From Mustelus asterias (taxonomy: Eukaryota): DNA of 64,000 bases. The stretch covers positions 74,214,001-74,278,000 of the forward strand of contig NC_135805.1 of assembly GCF_964213995.1 (NCBI RefSeq). The letters are read 5' to 3'. The notes beneath the pieces were generated by a model. It made no database searches. It had not been told where the DNA came from and was given only the letters and a program-made list of their open reading frames with translations. Position 1 is the stretch's first letter. The number at the start of each line of letters is the position of its first letter. Of this stretch, positions 48,912 to 62,404 are shown piece after piece. The position numbers were made by a program, and so were the translations under genes.

Positions 48912-50704
48912 GTTCGTCTTCATCAATGACATGTTGAAGGCTCCGGAGGAGATGCCGTAGCTTCTCCGCTCCGGGGAAGTACTGGACGACGAAGGGTACT
49001 CTGTCCACCGTGTCCCGTGTTTGTCTTCTGAGGAGGTCGGTGCGGTTTTTCGCTGTGGCGTGTCGGAACTGTCGATCGATGAGTCAAGCACCATATACTG
49101 TTCTTATGAGGGCATCTTTCAGCGTCCGGAGGTGTCTGTTGCGATCCTCGTCATCCGAGCAGATCCGGTGTATACGGAGGGCTTGTCCGTAGGGGATGGC
49201 TTCTTTAACGTGTTTAGAGTGGAAACCTGAGAAGTGGAGCATCGTGAGGTTATCCGTGGGCTTGCGGTATAGTGAGGTGCTGAGGTGACCGTCCTTAATG
49301 GAGATGTGTGTGTCCAAGAATGCAACCGATTCCGGAGAGTAGTCCATGGTGAGTCTGTTGGTGGGATGGAACTTGTTGATGTCATCATATGGTTGTTTCA
49401 GTGATTGTTCGCCATAAGTCCAAAGGAAGAAAATGTCATCGATGTATCTAGTGTATAGCCTCGGTTGAAGGTCCTGTGCGGTGAAGAAGTCTTGTTCGAA
49501 CCTGTGCACGAAGAGGTTGGCATATTGAGGTGCGAATTTGGTCCCCATGGCTGTTCCGTGTGTCTGGATGAAGAAATGGTTGTTGAAGGTGAAGACATTG
49601 TGGTCCAGGATGAAGCGGATGAGTTGTAAAATTGCATCTGGAAACTGGCAGTTGTCGGCGTTGAGTACTGAGGCAGTTGCAGAAATGCCATCATCGTGGG
49701 GGATGCTGGTGTAGAGTGCCGAGACATCCATTGTGACGAGGAGTGCTCCTGATTCAACTGCTCCGGAGAAGCTACGGCATCTCCTCCGGAGCCTTCAACA
49801 TGTCATTGATGAAGACGAATATCTCGCCAAGGCCATCCCCACACCCCCACTTCTTGCCTTCAAACAACCGCACAACCTCAAACAGACCATTGTCCGCAGC
49901 AAACTCCCCAGCCTTCAGGAGAACAGTGACCACGACACCACACAACCCTGCCACAGCAACCTCTGCAAGACGTGCCGGATCATCGACACGGATGCCATCA
50001 TCTCACGTGAGAATATCAAGTACCAGGTACACGGTACCAACTCTTGCAACTCGGCCAACGTTGTCTACCTGATACGCTGCAGGAAAGGATGTCCCGAGGC
50101 ATGGTACATTGGGGAGACCATGCAGACGCTACGACAACGGATGAATGAACACCACTCGACAATCACCAGACTGTTCTCTTCCTGTGGGGGAGCACTTCAG
50201 CGGTCACGGGCATTCAGCCTCTGATCTTCTGGTAAGCGTTCTCCAAGGTGGCCTTCACGACACACGACAGCGCAGAGTTGCTGAGCAGAAACTGATAGCC
50301 AAGTTCCGCACACATGAGGACGGCCTAAACCGGGATGTTGGGTTTATGTCACACTATCAGTAACCCCCACAGCTTGCCTGCTGGACTTTCAGAATCTCAC
50401 TGGCTGTCCTGTCTGGAGACAATACACATCTCTTTAACTTGTGCTTAATGCTCCCTCCACTCACATTGTCTGTATCTTTAAGACCTGGTTGGCTGTCGAG
50501 ATTCGCATTCTAATCAGTATTCTGTAACTTGATTTTGTGTCTCTGTGCCCTGTTTGAGAGCAGATTTCCACTCCATCTGACGAAGGAGCAGCGCTCCGAA
50601 AGCTAGTGGTGTTTGCTACCAAATAAACCTGTTGGACTTTAACCTGGTGTTCTTAGACTCCTTACTGTGTTTTCCCCAGTCTAACGCTGGCATTTCCACA
50701 TCAT
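48912..50704 (+). mobile_element. Penelope-like copy F: inverted RT segment (48912-49757, -) joined to GIY-YIG + pLTR (49759-50704, +), inserted in a SINE
   Basis: MDVSALYTSIPH, QTHGTAMGTKFAP, YTRYIDDIF on -; GIY-YIG on +; actgtg on both sides and the SINE resumes at ~50709. Confidence 0.95.
50573..50609 (+). ncRNA. Minimal hammerhead ribozyme motif
   Basis: ccat ctgacga a ggagc agc gctcc gaa agct a gtgg. Confidence 0.8.
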
Positions 50705-52591
50705 GACTACTGTGGGAGGAAACCAGAGCACCCGGAGGAAACCCACGTTTTGTTGAAAATGGGTTGTGTAGTACTCTGCATGATACTCCTGTCTGTGTAA
50801 GGTGCAAGGTTCAAACGTGGTCTTAGTGGAATATCAAAGTGGCCGCTATTATCAAAAATATGGCACCAGCATTCAGAAAAACATGTACTTGCAGAAACTC
50901 TTTGTTTATCGCAATGTCTAAGCCTAAATGACAATTTCAGTTACTTTGTTTTACTGAAATAAACAGTGAAAAATAGTTTTGCTTGTCTCCATTCCCCCTT
51001 ACATTCTTTTAACTTTTCCAAAAATCCATTAACTGCCTTCTATTCATCTGTTCATTCAGTCAGTTCATTAAAATCTCCATTAGATTCATTGAAACATGTA
51101 TTAAATTATAAATTCATATTGTTTCCCACAACTGACATTAGAGTAACTGGTCTATAATTACCAGATTTTCTCACTTCTGAACAAAGGTGTGACATCTGCT
51201 TCTCTACTGCGCTGTGTAGAGATATATTTATTTTGTATTCTGTCCATCTCGCATTGGAAGGCTTCCCACTAATCTGTTAACTTGTTTTCTAAATTTTCTT
51301 CCCATTTGATTTAGGTCAGATCGTTTTATATCTCACTGAACTCTGCTCTTTATCAGCCCAGCACCTTATCTTAAACTCATTGGCCTGCATTTTCACAAAT
51401 GGAAAATGGTGGACGAACCCTGGATCCAGAAGCCTGTTTCCGTAGCCAGCAGAAACCATTTTTGCCCGGGAGGGGGAGTGATGTTGGGACATGACTCCCA
51501 CATGTGGAAAACCCAAACTTAGCAGGGCTATTTGAACTCAATGCTGAGTTCCAACAGACCCCATTTCTGCTGGAGCAAAGGCCTTAATCCGCATTGAGTG
51601 TGTTATGAATTTTTAGAGTCGACAGATAATGTCTAGAACTGTCAAGTTATTGAATTCCATCGCTGCTTAAAAATTGAAAATAAAACTGCCTGCCTATATC
51701 TGGGAATTGAAGAAAATCTGTTCTAGCAGTTTCAAAAGCTGTTTATTATCATAATCTAAAAGGCAATCATGGTAGAATTATTACTGCTTGACTTTTCTAC
51801 AATCTATTGACAGCACAAATAGATCATTAAAGGATTAGCTGTTTTGATGTAGGGTTATAAATACATATGTTTGTTTTTATAAGGGATTAATTATTTGAAG
51901 ATGTTTGGATATATTGAATGGGCTTTCATGAATGTGAATTCTATTCATACAGTGAAATCTGTAAAATATAGTTAGAACTTTATTTTCTTTCATGTCAGCA
52001 TGGCTTCTGAGGTCTGCCCAAGGTAGATATGGGCAAATTGTATGAAGCATGTAAGGGCAAAGGGTGCTGGATGGGCTATTCTTGAATTAGCACTGAGTTG
52101 GAATAGGGGCTATGAGGGGTCATGGGATGGGCAAAGGCTAAAAACACTGTCAATAACTTTGTTAAAGAATCCTCCATCACTGCCACTATAATGTTCATGC
52201 CTCCTATTTCCCTCGGTATCATTTATTCACATAAGTATCCATTGGCCCTATGTTCTCTGCAAAGGCAGATTTGAGTTATTTCCCCTCCCTGCAGAAGCCC
52301 TGGAATTTTCAGGGTATTATAAAGGGGCATTGATCCAGGTAAGTTGATTGTTACACTCTTTGAGTGATCTTTATACCTGGAACATGAGTGTTTCCTGGGT
52401 GGGATTGTCAGGAAAATTGGCCCATTTATCTTTAAAGGAAAACGGGTTTAAGCATCGTGGCTTACAACAGACAAATGGAAGAATTGCAGTACAAGTATTT
52501 CTCCTGGTATTGCACCTTGGCCACCACATGGCAACAGCATCCATGTTTGAAGTAGTTGTTTTCGACACAACAACCCTGCTTTACTTTGCAG

Positions 52592-52673
52592 ATCAATATT
52601 TGAATTGTGGGGTCAAGGAAGAACACATGAAGAGCTTTATAACTCACTGAAAAATTACCCTGCAGACAGAATG
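52592..52673 (+). CDS. TRMT11: TRMT11 exon 4 (SIFELWGQGRTHEELYNSLKNYPADRM)
   Basis: tttgcag| acceptor, ATG|gtgtgt donor, 82 nt. Confidence 0.95.
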
Positions 52674-52767
52674 GTGTGTATGCACAGGAACCATCTATAT
52701 TGTCTTGTACATGTAGCTAAAACTGTTGGTTTGAGTTAAATTAACCATATTTATTTCCCTACTTTAG

Positions 52768-52860
52768 ATCCCATTTCTTCAGAATGGTTCAACATATCAG
52801 ATAAATGTTTATACATTCAATAAAACATTGACACATAAAGAGAGGATTCAAAAGATTGAT
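52768..52860 (+). CDS. TRMT11: TRMT11 exon 5 (IPFLQNGSTYQINVYTFNKTLTHKERIQKID)
   Basis: ctttag| acceptor, GAT|gtatgt donor, 93 nt. Confidence 0.95.
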
Positions 52861-54423
52861 GTATGTATGATATTCTTTTATTATACCGTCTTTGGTTTAT
52901 CTTATGTTTGCTTTATACTATCATTGATTAGTCTCGAGTTCTGACATTATGATTGGAATTTTGATTGGACAAAGAGCTTCCTCGATACCTCAGTTGGTGA
53001 CTAATGCTAAGTGTGCCACTAAACTACAAACAACAGGAAGGTGCTGGGTTTTCTTTCCTGTTTTCAATGATTTAAGTGGTCACAAAGGGAGCACCAAAAT
53101 TGGTCTCATCACATCTAGGCTAGGGCGCGAAAAGTAAGCCAAGGTGATTCCTGTGGAAAATTTGGACTGGGATCAGGATGCGTTCTGATATTCTTCACAG
53201 TAGCTGAGCTGTTGAGAGGCCTTGTGGTGCAGTGGTAGCGTTTCTACTGCTGGACCAGAAGCTCTAGGTTCGAGTCCAGCGTCAGGACTTGTTGGCCATG
53301 GAAGGAGGGTTCATAATGCATTTCAACTACCTGATAATCAGCTCAGGAATCCTTCCACCACTTGCCCCCATTATTTCCCGAAGGAAAAAAAAGTGTGGAT
53401 GTGAAGATACGCTAAACAAAGCTGAGCTGTTGACACTCCCAAACAGTTGGAATGATGAGAACCAGAGAGAGGTATCAGATGAGAGCTGCATTGCTAGAGC
53501 AGGGATCCTTATCTTCAAGAGAGACAGGGAGACATTTATGAAATAGTAAAAATAATTTGCCTAAGACTTGCTTCATTTAAAGCAGACACTTATGTTCAAG
53601 CTTGATATTTGTGTCAAAATATTTAAGACTCTTTTAGAATCCTCTTTTGCCAGAATTTGTTTTTGTTGTTCATGTTTTCATTGTTATTCTAACTAAAAAG
53701 GTCAGTCAATAATTTCTTAAAGCAGAATTTACACTTTTACTTCAGTCAATACTTTGCCCTATGTTACTAATTTTACAGTCTGCTTTCTTTTCACTAAAGC
53801 TGAAAGCGAGAAAGCATTTTAACAAACTGCTAAACTTTTTCCATCAAACTATTTATGCCTAGATTTCCCTCATGTATTAATACTTTCATGTGCAATCATA
53901 CCAGTGCAGGGTGCCACTTGCAAAGATCGATGGCAAATATGAAATTACATAGCTCATGCTTATGTATCTCCTTGTTGCTATCATCATCAGAGGCCTGAGA
54001 CTGGGCCATCTTCCTAACTGGCCTATCACACAGAAAAAAATGAGAAGAAAAATATAAATATTCACCGATATGTTTATAGTTTTATAATCAAACAAGTTCA
54101 TGGCTGTTGCATGAGTGGACTCAATATTTTGGCCCTCCATCACCAGTGAGTGCACTGTGGCTGCTATATGTACAATCTAAGGAAATGCTGCAGAAACTCA
54201 CCATGGTCATTTCGATACCGGCTTCCTTCCCAGTCATCTATTCCATCAAAAATGCAGGGGAATGGGACTACGTGAGTTGCTTTTTCAAAGAGCTATCGTG
54301 GTCACAATGAGCCGAATGGTCTCCCCCATCCCTGCTAAAACCATCGTACAATTCTAATGACACAAGCAGCGTTGGTGGTAGCACCATCACTTCAAAGTTG
54401 CACATCATTCTGACTTGGACATA

Positions 54424-54595
54424 CAGTGGAGCCCCGTTATAACACGATGGTTGGGGTCCATAAAAGCGGGGGTCGCACTAAATCGGGGTTGCGCTAAATT
54501 TGCCAATTATTAGCAGGAAAAAAGGGTCCAATGACACCATCGCGTTTTATGCGAATTCGTGCTAAGTCGGGGCGCGTTAAATCGGGGCTCCACGG
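54424..54595. mobile_element. Tc1/mariner (pogo/Tigger-like) MITE
   Basis: TA|cagtggagccccgttataac ... gttaaatcggggctccacgg|TA; 172 bp, CpG-rich. Confidence 0.85.
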
Positions 54596-55902
54596 TATAT
54601 TGCTTTTCCTTCATTTGTTGGATCAATATCCTGATGTCACCTTCTATACCATTGTGGAAACACCAACACCACAAAGGATTGCAGTGGTTCAGAGAGAAGA
54701 CCACAATTACCTTCTCAGGGAGGGATGGGTATTATTAGAGTCTTTTCAAATCAGGGAAAGTAAAATCAAAACATCCAGCAGTCAGAGTAGGAATGTGTAA
54801 GATGCAGTCTGCTGGGAAACATGTGAGTGGAAACTTCCCTGTGGGTCAGGGAGAATGATGGGGACTGGTTAGGATGCCAGCTGGATGGAAAAGCTACATT
54901 GGCTGAGGAAAAAGTGGTAAAAGATCCTTTGACACACAAGTAAGGTTAGGATAATCTGCTGGTTATTTTACTGGACTAGTATTCCTGAGGTTGTGAGTTC
55001 AAATGCTACCATGGCAGCTTGTGATATATGTGACAATTCTTCATCAGAAAAATAATTATACAAACTTCTAGTTTGTTGGAGAAACCCAGCTGAATCATCA
55101 CCAATTGATGCAAAGGACTAGCAACATCTACCTGGCCTAGCCTACACATGTCTCCAGTCACCTGCCATGTGGTTGACTCTTGAGGCACTTGGGACAACTA
55201 GGGATGTGCAATGTCAATTTCTCCCACACCCCAAGAACAAACTAAAAGTGTTTTCAGAGGAGACAGAGAGATTCTGACGTGTTAGAACATAGAACATTAC
55301 AGCGCAGTACAGGCCCTTCGGCCCTCGATGTTGCGCCGACCAGTGGATCTAAAGCCCCTCTAATCTACACTATTCCAACATCATCCATATGTTTATCCAA
55401 TAACCATTTGAATGCTTTTAATGTTGACGAGTCCACTGCTACTGCAGTCAGGGCATTCCACGCCCTTACCACTCTCTGAGTAAAGGACCTACCTCTATTG
55501 CTGCAGAGACAATATCTAGTCTAGAATAAGCTTCCCCAAACTTAGTACAGGGATAGGCACCTTTCATCCCTGAATTTCACTGCAGAAATACTGGTTATAA
55601 TGGTTAGAATTTATTTGTTTCTTATAATCATAAAAATGGACTTTCAATGTTTTTGTCAATCTAAATAATGCTTACAGGTATTAGAAAGTTTGAATGAAGC
55701 CTGGAGCATTCCTGCAAAAGACAATGCATCAGATCCTCAATGATAAAATGCTCTAGAGAGTAAAATGATTCTCACATTACTAATGTAACTAATAGCGCAT
55801 TCACCTCATTATTGAAGTTATCAAAAAGTTAACAAAATATTAATTTTAGCTAGTGAATTGTACTGGGTGTTAATGTGGTTTTATCTTTCATCTGTTACAC
55901 AG

Positions 55903-56037
55903 AATTTAGAGTTTCTTCCCTTTCAAGGGACAGTGAACCTAAAGAATCCAGAGCATGTGTTCTGGTTGCTTGAAGACTATGGCACAGACCCGAATAATGC
56001 CCCAGAGAAGCCCTTTTCTGTTTACTTTGGAAGATGG
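55903..56037 (+). CDS. TRMT11: TRMT11 exon 6 (NLEFLPFQGTVNLKNPEHVFWLLEDYG...YFGRW)
   Basis: acacag| acceptor, TGG|gtaaga donor, 135 nt. Confidence 0.96.
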
Positions 56038-56498
56038 GTAAGATTTATAGAACACGCATCTTAAGGGAAATTGACTATTAGTTTATAATTCACCTTTTTT
56101 ATACTCCTCCCTCGCTGGGTAAATGTGCTTGTCTGAACTACAGGGTGAGTTAAACCAGAAAATGTCAAACACTTAACCCATGCCTGTATTGAGTTAGTTG
56201 ACCTCAACCAAATTGATAGTAGGATTCTTCATATGATCTTAGTTCCTGGCCTGCATGGAATCTTGCTAGGACTCCTACTGTGTGAACTATGGTTAAAAAT
56301 GCAAATAGATTGAGTCTTTTCTGTGGTCACTTCCATGATTAAGTAGCCTATGGACACTTGGGCACCAAAAAACCTACAGTGCAGTTGGGGCACTTATGCT
56401 GTTCATAATTGGAGTGGATAGAGGATAGGACAGGATCCAGTTATGTTGGTCTCGATCCTGAGTTGGGTACTATGTCCATCTGTGCTTGATGGGACTCC

Positions 56499-56654
56499 TG
56501 ATGTGGAGATGCCAGCGTTTGACTGGGGTAAACACAGTAAGAAGTCTCACAACACCAGGTTAAAGTCCAACAGGTTTATTTGGTAGCAAAAGCCACTTAG
56601 CTTTTGCTACCAAATAAACCTGTTGGACTTTAACCTGGTGTTGTGAGACTTCTT
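56499..56654 (-). mobile_element. Penelope-like copy G: miniature fold-back
   Basis: Inverted termini; tgggact on both sides (56490-56496, 56657-56663). Confidence 0.85.
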
Positions 56655-56990
56655 GTTGGGACTGCCAGGATGATATTGCCACTGGGGAAAAAAAATCCTT
56701 CCCATCCTCAGTGGTTCCCTAACACAATGTACACTTGAATAAAGCACGGTGGCACAGTGGCTAGCACTGCTGCCTTACAGTGCCAGGGAGCTGGGTTCGA
56801 TTCCCGGCTTGGGTCACTGTCTGTGAGGAGTTTGCATGTTCTCCCCGTGTCTGCCTGGGTTTCCTCCGGGTGCTCCGGTTTCCTCCCACAATCTGAAAGA
56901 CGTGCTGGTTAGGTGCATTGACCCGAACTGGCGCCAGAATGTGGCGACGAGGGGAGTTCCGCAGTAACTTCATTGCAGTGTTAATGTAAG

Positions 56991-58808
56991 AACATTAGAA
57001 CATAAGAAATAGGAGCAGGAGTAGGCCATCTAGCCCCTCGAGCCTGCCCCGCCATTCAATAAGATCATGGCTGATCTGAAGTGAATCAGTTCCACTTACC
57101 TGCCTGCTCCCCATAACCCTTAATTCCCTTACCGATCAGAAATCCATCTATCCGTGACTTAAACATATTCAACGAGGTAGCCTCCACCACTTCAGTGGGC
57201 AGAGAATTCCAGAGATTCACCACCCTCTGAGAGAAGAAGTTCCTCCTCAACTCTGTCCTAAACTGACCCCCCTTTATTTTGAGGCTGTGCCCTCTAGTTC
57301 TGGTTTCCTTTCTAAGTGGAAAGAATCTCTCCACTTCTACCCTATCCAGCCCCTTCATTATCTTATATGCCTTTATAAGATCACCCCTCAGCCTTCTAAA
57401 CTCCAACGAGTACAAACCTAATCTGCTCAATCTCTCCTCATAATCTACACCCCTCATCTCTGGTATCAACCTGGTGAACCTTCTCTGCACTCCCTCCAAG
57501 GCCAATATATCCTTTCGCAAGTAAGGGGACCAAAACTGCACACAGTATTCCAGCTGCGGCCTCACCAATGCCTTGTACAGATGCAGCAAGACTTCTCTGC
57601 TTTTATATTCTATCCCCCTCGCGATAAATGCCAACATCCTATTTGCCTTCTTGATCACCTGTTGTACTTGCAGACTGAGTTTTTGCGACTCATGCACAAG
57701 GACCCCCAGGTCCCTTTGCACTTTTAAATCATTTAAATAATAATCCAATTTGCTATTATTTCTTCCAAAGTGAATAACCTCGCATTTGCCAACGTTATAC
57801 TCCATCTGCCAGATCCTCGCCCACTCACTCAGCCTATTCAAATCTCTCTGCAGACCTTCCGCTGCCTCCACGCAATTCACTTTCCCACTTATCTTCGTGT
57901 CATCAGCAAACTTTGTTACCCTACACTCAGTCCCCTCCTCTATGTAAATAGTAAACAGTTGAGGCCCCAGTACCGATCCCTGTGGCACGCCACTAGTCAC
58001 CATCTGCCAACCAGAAAAGCACCCATTTATTCCAACTCTCTACTTCCTGTTGGATAGCCAATCCCCAATCCACGCTAACACCCTACCCCCAACTCCGTGT
58101 GCCCCATTCTGCTGCAGCAACCTTTTGTGAGGCACCTTATCGAATGCCTTTTGGAAATCCAAAACCACCACATCTACCGGTTCCCCTCCGTCAACCGCAC
58201 TAGTCACATTTTCATAAAAATCCAGTAAGTTCATCAAACGCAACTTTCCTCTCATGAATCCATGCTGCGTCTGCTTGATCGAACCATTCTTATCCAGATG
58301 GCCTGCTATTTCTTCTTTTAATGATGGATTCCAGCATTTTCTCAACTACAGACGTTAAGCTAACCGGCCTGTAGTTACCGGCCTGTAGTTACCCACCTTT
58401 TGTCTACTTTCTTTTTTAAACAGTGGCGTAACAGTAGCCGTTTTCCAATCAGCTGGCACTACCCCAGAGTCCAGTGAATTTTGATAAATAACCACTAACG
58501 CATCTGCTATTACCTCTGATATTTCTTTCAGTACCCTGGGATGCATTCCATCCGGGCCCAGGGACTTGTCCACCTTCAATCCCATTAGGCTACCAAGCAC
58601 TGCCTCTCTAGTAACAATAATTGTATTGAGTACCTCTCCTCCTACCAACATTCAATCGTTAACATTCGGTAAACTATTTGTGTCTTCCACCGTGAAGACC
58701 GACACAAAAAACCTATTTAAAGTCTCAGCCATTTCCTCATTTTCCACAATTAAATCCCCCCTCTCGTCCTCCAAGGGTCCAACATTCACTCTAGCCACTC
58801 TATTCCAA
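56991..58808 (-). mobile_element. Young 5'-truncated CR1 LINE inserted into a type-B SINE (56745-56990, resuming 58809-58840)
   Basis: 305 aa RT C-terminal ORF (GVPQGSVLGP, KFADDTK, RPQLEYCVQFWSP); gtaag on both sides. Confidence 0.93.
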
Positions 58809-58914
58809 GTAAGCCTTACTTGTGACTAATAAATAAACTTAAAAACTTTTTTTAAAGCAGGCGTGCAGTACTCTTAAGCCAGGCAAGAGACCTTGGTTTC
58901 CTTGCGTCAGTCGA

Positions 58915-59152
58915 GGGCGGCACAGTGGTTCGCACTGCATGTTCTCCCCGTGTCTGCGTGAGTTGCCTCCGGGTGGTTCGGTTTCCTCCCTCAGTCCAAA
59001 AATGTGTAGGTCAGGTGGATTAACCATGATGAATGTGTGGGATTATAGGGATTGGACGGAGGTGAGGGCCTGGGTGGGATGCTATTTTGGAGAGTCGGTG
59101 CAGACCTAATGGGCCAGATGGCCTCTTGCTCTATTGTAGGGAATCTATGATG
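58915..59152 (+). mobile_element. V-SINE-like element with internal deletion
   Basis: gggcggcacagtgg head, V-domain, CR1-type tail. Confidence 0.8.
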
Positions 59153-59479
59153 AATTTCAAAGCTGACGTTCACCAGAAGAGGCCTGTAATGCTCTGATCT
59201 TTCATTTGCTTTGGTAGCTGTCTAACACCAACAGTTTCACTCTTCCCACCCATCCCCTCATCCAGCTCCATCTCTACCATTGGGTGCTCACCTGCTTATA
59301 TAAATAACCTGATCCTGGGAATTGCAGTGGGCCAGGCTCAAAATTATGTGGTGCACCTATGATCCTGCTCCATCCCCATTATGGAGAACAGGAGCATGAG
59401 CTTTTAGAGTCTTATTGTCAAGGCAGACACTTGAAGTGTGGACACTTGACCAAGAGGGAGTAGGGAGTATTTAGCTATT

Positions 59480-60310
59480 GCACTGTACCCTCCAAGCGCC
59501 AGTATGTTCAAGGAAAGTGAAGGGGAATTAGGGGATCTAAAATAAAAATGTTCCCGCATTGAGGAAAAGCACTTTCTTTAAGTGACTAGCATCCTTCCGT
59601 CTTCAAGACTTTTATAAGATCATCTGCTGTGCTTCTTTTAAAGGCTGATCAAGCCGATTCTGGAAATGCAAAGTCTGCTACATGTGAAGGCTGCCTCCCT
59701 GCATTCTTAGGGATGCAGCCATCTTCCATCCTGTGAACATGCCCAAGCTGTCAAAGCCTTCTTGATTATTGCTAGCATCATTAAAATGTTTGCCCAGAAA
59801 GGATTGCTTTAACGGTGACTTTGTGATGCTATGTGCTGTGGACACCAGTGATGCATGTTATTAAACCTTTTTTGTTGCTCGGTGAAAGTTGTCCAGGCTT
59901 TGCTGCCATGCAGCAATATGTGGGGCAACAGGCCTCGTAGACAAACATCATTGTTTTATGGGTCTGTTTGTTGTTCCATGCCCATTTTGTTAGTTGGCCA
60001 AAGTTGGTGGCTGCATTTCCAGTGTACGTGCTGAGTTTTTCACCATGAGACCGGTCCTCTGACACCGGCGATCCAAGGTAGCAGTATTTGCTGAGGACTT
60101 TCGATGGTATGTTGCTGAGTCTGATCACAGACAGACACAACGCGCCATCCCATAACCATAGTTTATTGACACTGATGGTAAGGGAAAACGTGACACGAGC
60201 ATGGGACAGAAGATTCATGAACCTTTAGAGCTGGTCTGTCTGTACAACATCTTCAGTATACAGAAGTTCTCTGATCAGGACATGCTTCACTTTTGTCTTT
60301 GTTTTCAATC
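59480..60310 (-). mobile_element. Old RTE-like LINE remnant
   Basis: KYCYLGS...GNAATNFGQLTKWAWNNK...MFVYEAC resembles RTE-clade RT C-terminus. Confidence 0.6.
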
Positions 60311-60553
60311 CTGTTAAGTTGAAATTAAGCAATAAACAATGAAGGATTAATATAATTTTGAACTGGCAAATTCATCAATTTTGTTGAAGTTAGAAATCTT
60401 GATTAAAAGTTTTTATATATCTCTTTTAATATTCTAATTTTTTTGTTTTAATTAGTATTGATCAGAAAAAATAGAAATAGTATACCTTAAAATGATTTGG
60501 AGAATTAAAGAAATAAATCCTTAACTTGCTATCATGATTGGTTTCTGTTTTAG

Positions 60554-60710
60554 CTTGCTGATGGTCGAAGAGGGCTAATCAATGTGTACAGTGTGAAGAA
60601 GCGTCACTTCATTGGTAACACCAGCATGGATGCGGGTCTCTCCTTTCTAATGGCAAATCACGCTAAAGCAGGAGCTAATGATTTGGTATTTGATCCATTT
60701 GTGGGAACAG
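60554..60710 (+). CDS. TRMT11: TRMT11 exon 7 (LADGRRGLINVYSVKKRHFIGNTSMDAGLSFLMANHA...DPFVGT)
   Basis: SAM-binding DPFVGTG motif; ttttag| acceptor, G|gtaaat donor. Confidence 0.97.
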
Positions 60711-62404
60711 GTAAATACAAGACTCATGAAGCAGATACCAAGTTCACACTTTATTCCATTTTTGCTTGCTAAGAATTTAGTTTCTTTTCCCTTTACACCT
60801 TAAAAAAATCCAAAGACAAATTGTAAAGAAAATATGCAGATGCAATTTAAACAGTCACTTGGTGATTCTGAACTTGAATATTGCTGAAAAGAGAGACATG
60901 CTGCAGAAACTTTTCATCTTCCATTCATCAGGTCAAATGCAAAAATGCTAAATTTCAAATGATCCACATGATATTGATGCATGTGTGATACTGGTACGTA
61001 GATTGTAAGTCTCAGTGATTGGCTGATTGAATCAAAAAGCATGTTCCTTCAATTATTCATAAAAGGCAGAGTAGAGATCATACTTGATCAGCAAGTGCTT
61101 GCAAAACTCAAAACAAAATTACCACTGTTAGAAGTAGTTCCGTGATTAGGCAGCACTTGCTGAATAATCCTGAATGTGCTAATAGCTACACTAACAGTTC
61201 AAGATAAACAGCCAAGTTTGTAGTGTTGCTCATTTACGCTCACTACAAGTCACATACATTCATATATGGCAGAACCTCTTCTCTGTAAACAGAAGGAATA
61301 TGTTCAAGCCTAGTGTCTTTTTTGAATTACCTGGAAATTTGAAGAGCTTATATTCCTCCAACACTTTTTCCATGGCAATGCTTCAGTCAATCCATCAGCA
61401 CCCTTTTCTCTTGTCGTAAAATTGTTGTGATTGTTTAAATTTTTTTGCATTTGTTTCTGATGGATGCAATTTAGTTTAATTTCAGGTTCCTATCTGTTAT
61501 TTTCTAAAACAATGCATTTTACGTTAGTTCTTTAAGGACTTAGCATGTTTTCAAATTAATTTTTGTGTTCGCCTTACTTGGGTGTGTTTAAAACATATTT
61601 TATGGATAGCCTGGATTGGATTTTTTCCTTTGCCTTTATAATTTATATGATTGGCATTATGTTTACATCTTTTTAAGTACCTTAGCAATAGTTGTTGACC
61701 TAAAGACTTGGACTTTGCAGTTAGCTGTGAATGAACATCGCACATTTCCCTATGCTTATGCTTTACCATAGAATTTCTGTGGGTTCTAATACTGGAATTT
61801 GCAGTATCAGACAGTTAAAACAACACAGCATCCTCCATTGGGGATCTGGAACTTGTGTGAACAAAACAAGCAATGGTGTGTCTTCTCAACCAAACAAACT
61901 GAAGAATCCTTATTGAGGCCTGCAGAGTTTAAACCAAGAGATGTAAGCTAGAATGTTAATTCAATGTTGAATCATGCACAGAAAGTGAAATAAATAGGGT
62001 GAAAAAAAGATGGGAGTCAAAATAAGGAGACAGAAAAAGTAAAATTTTATTATTTTTAATTTTGTTGAATCCCCAACAGTAATTAATATCTGAAGGAATA
62101 GGACTCCACAATTTTAAAACTTTCTTTTCAGTGACCAATAGATTGCTTGGCAGTAGTTACGACTTACCATGCTGTTAAAAATCACTTGTGCTTGAATGGA
62201 CAAGCTCTTTCTTTTTCTGGCACGTTTAGTGGGCAGCTCGTAAATGCAAGCTTTGTGTGTGTTTTAATGCCAGATCTCTCTGTGAGGCATCAGTGTAGTG
62301 AAGCCTGTGGAGGAACGGGGCAAGCTTCCTGATTTCCACCTTTAACTGTGCATGTGCTGACACTGCAAGTTGCTGCCTGATTTACTCTAATAATGGTGAA
62401 CACT

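Noticed and set aside
58363-58393. 14 bp tandem duplication accggcctgtagtt
   Set aside because: Ordinary slippage mutation within a dead CR1 copy
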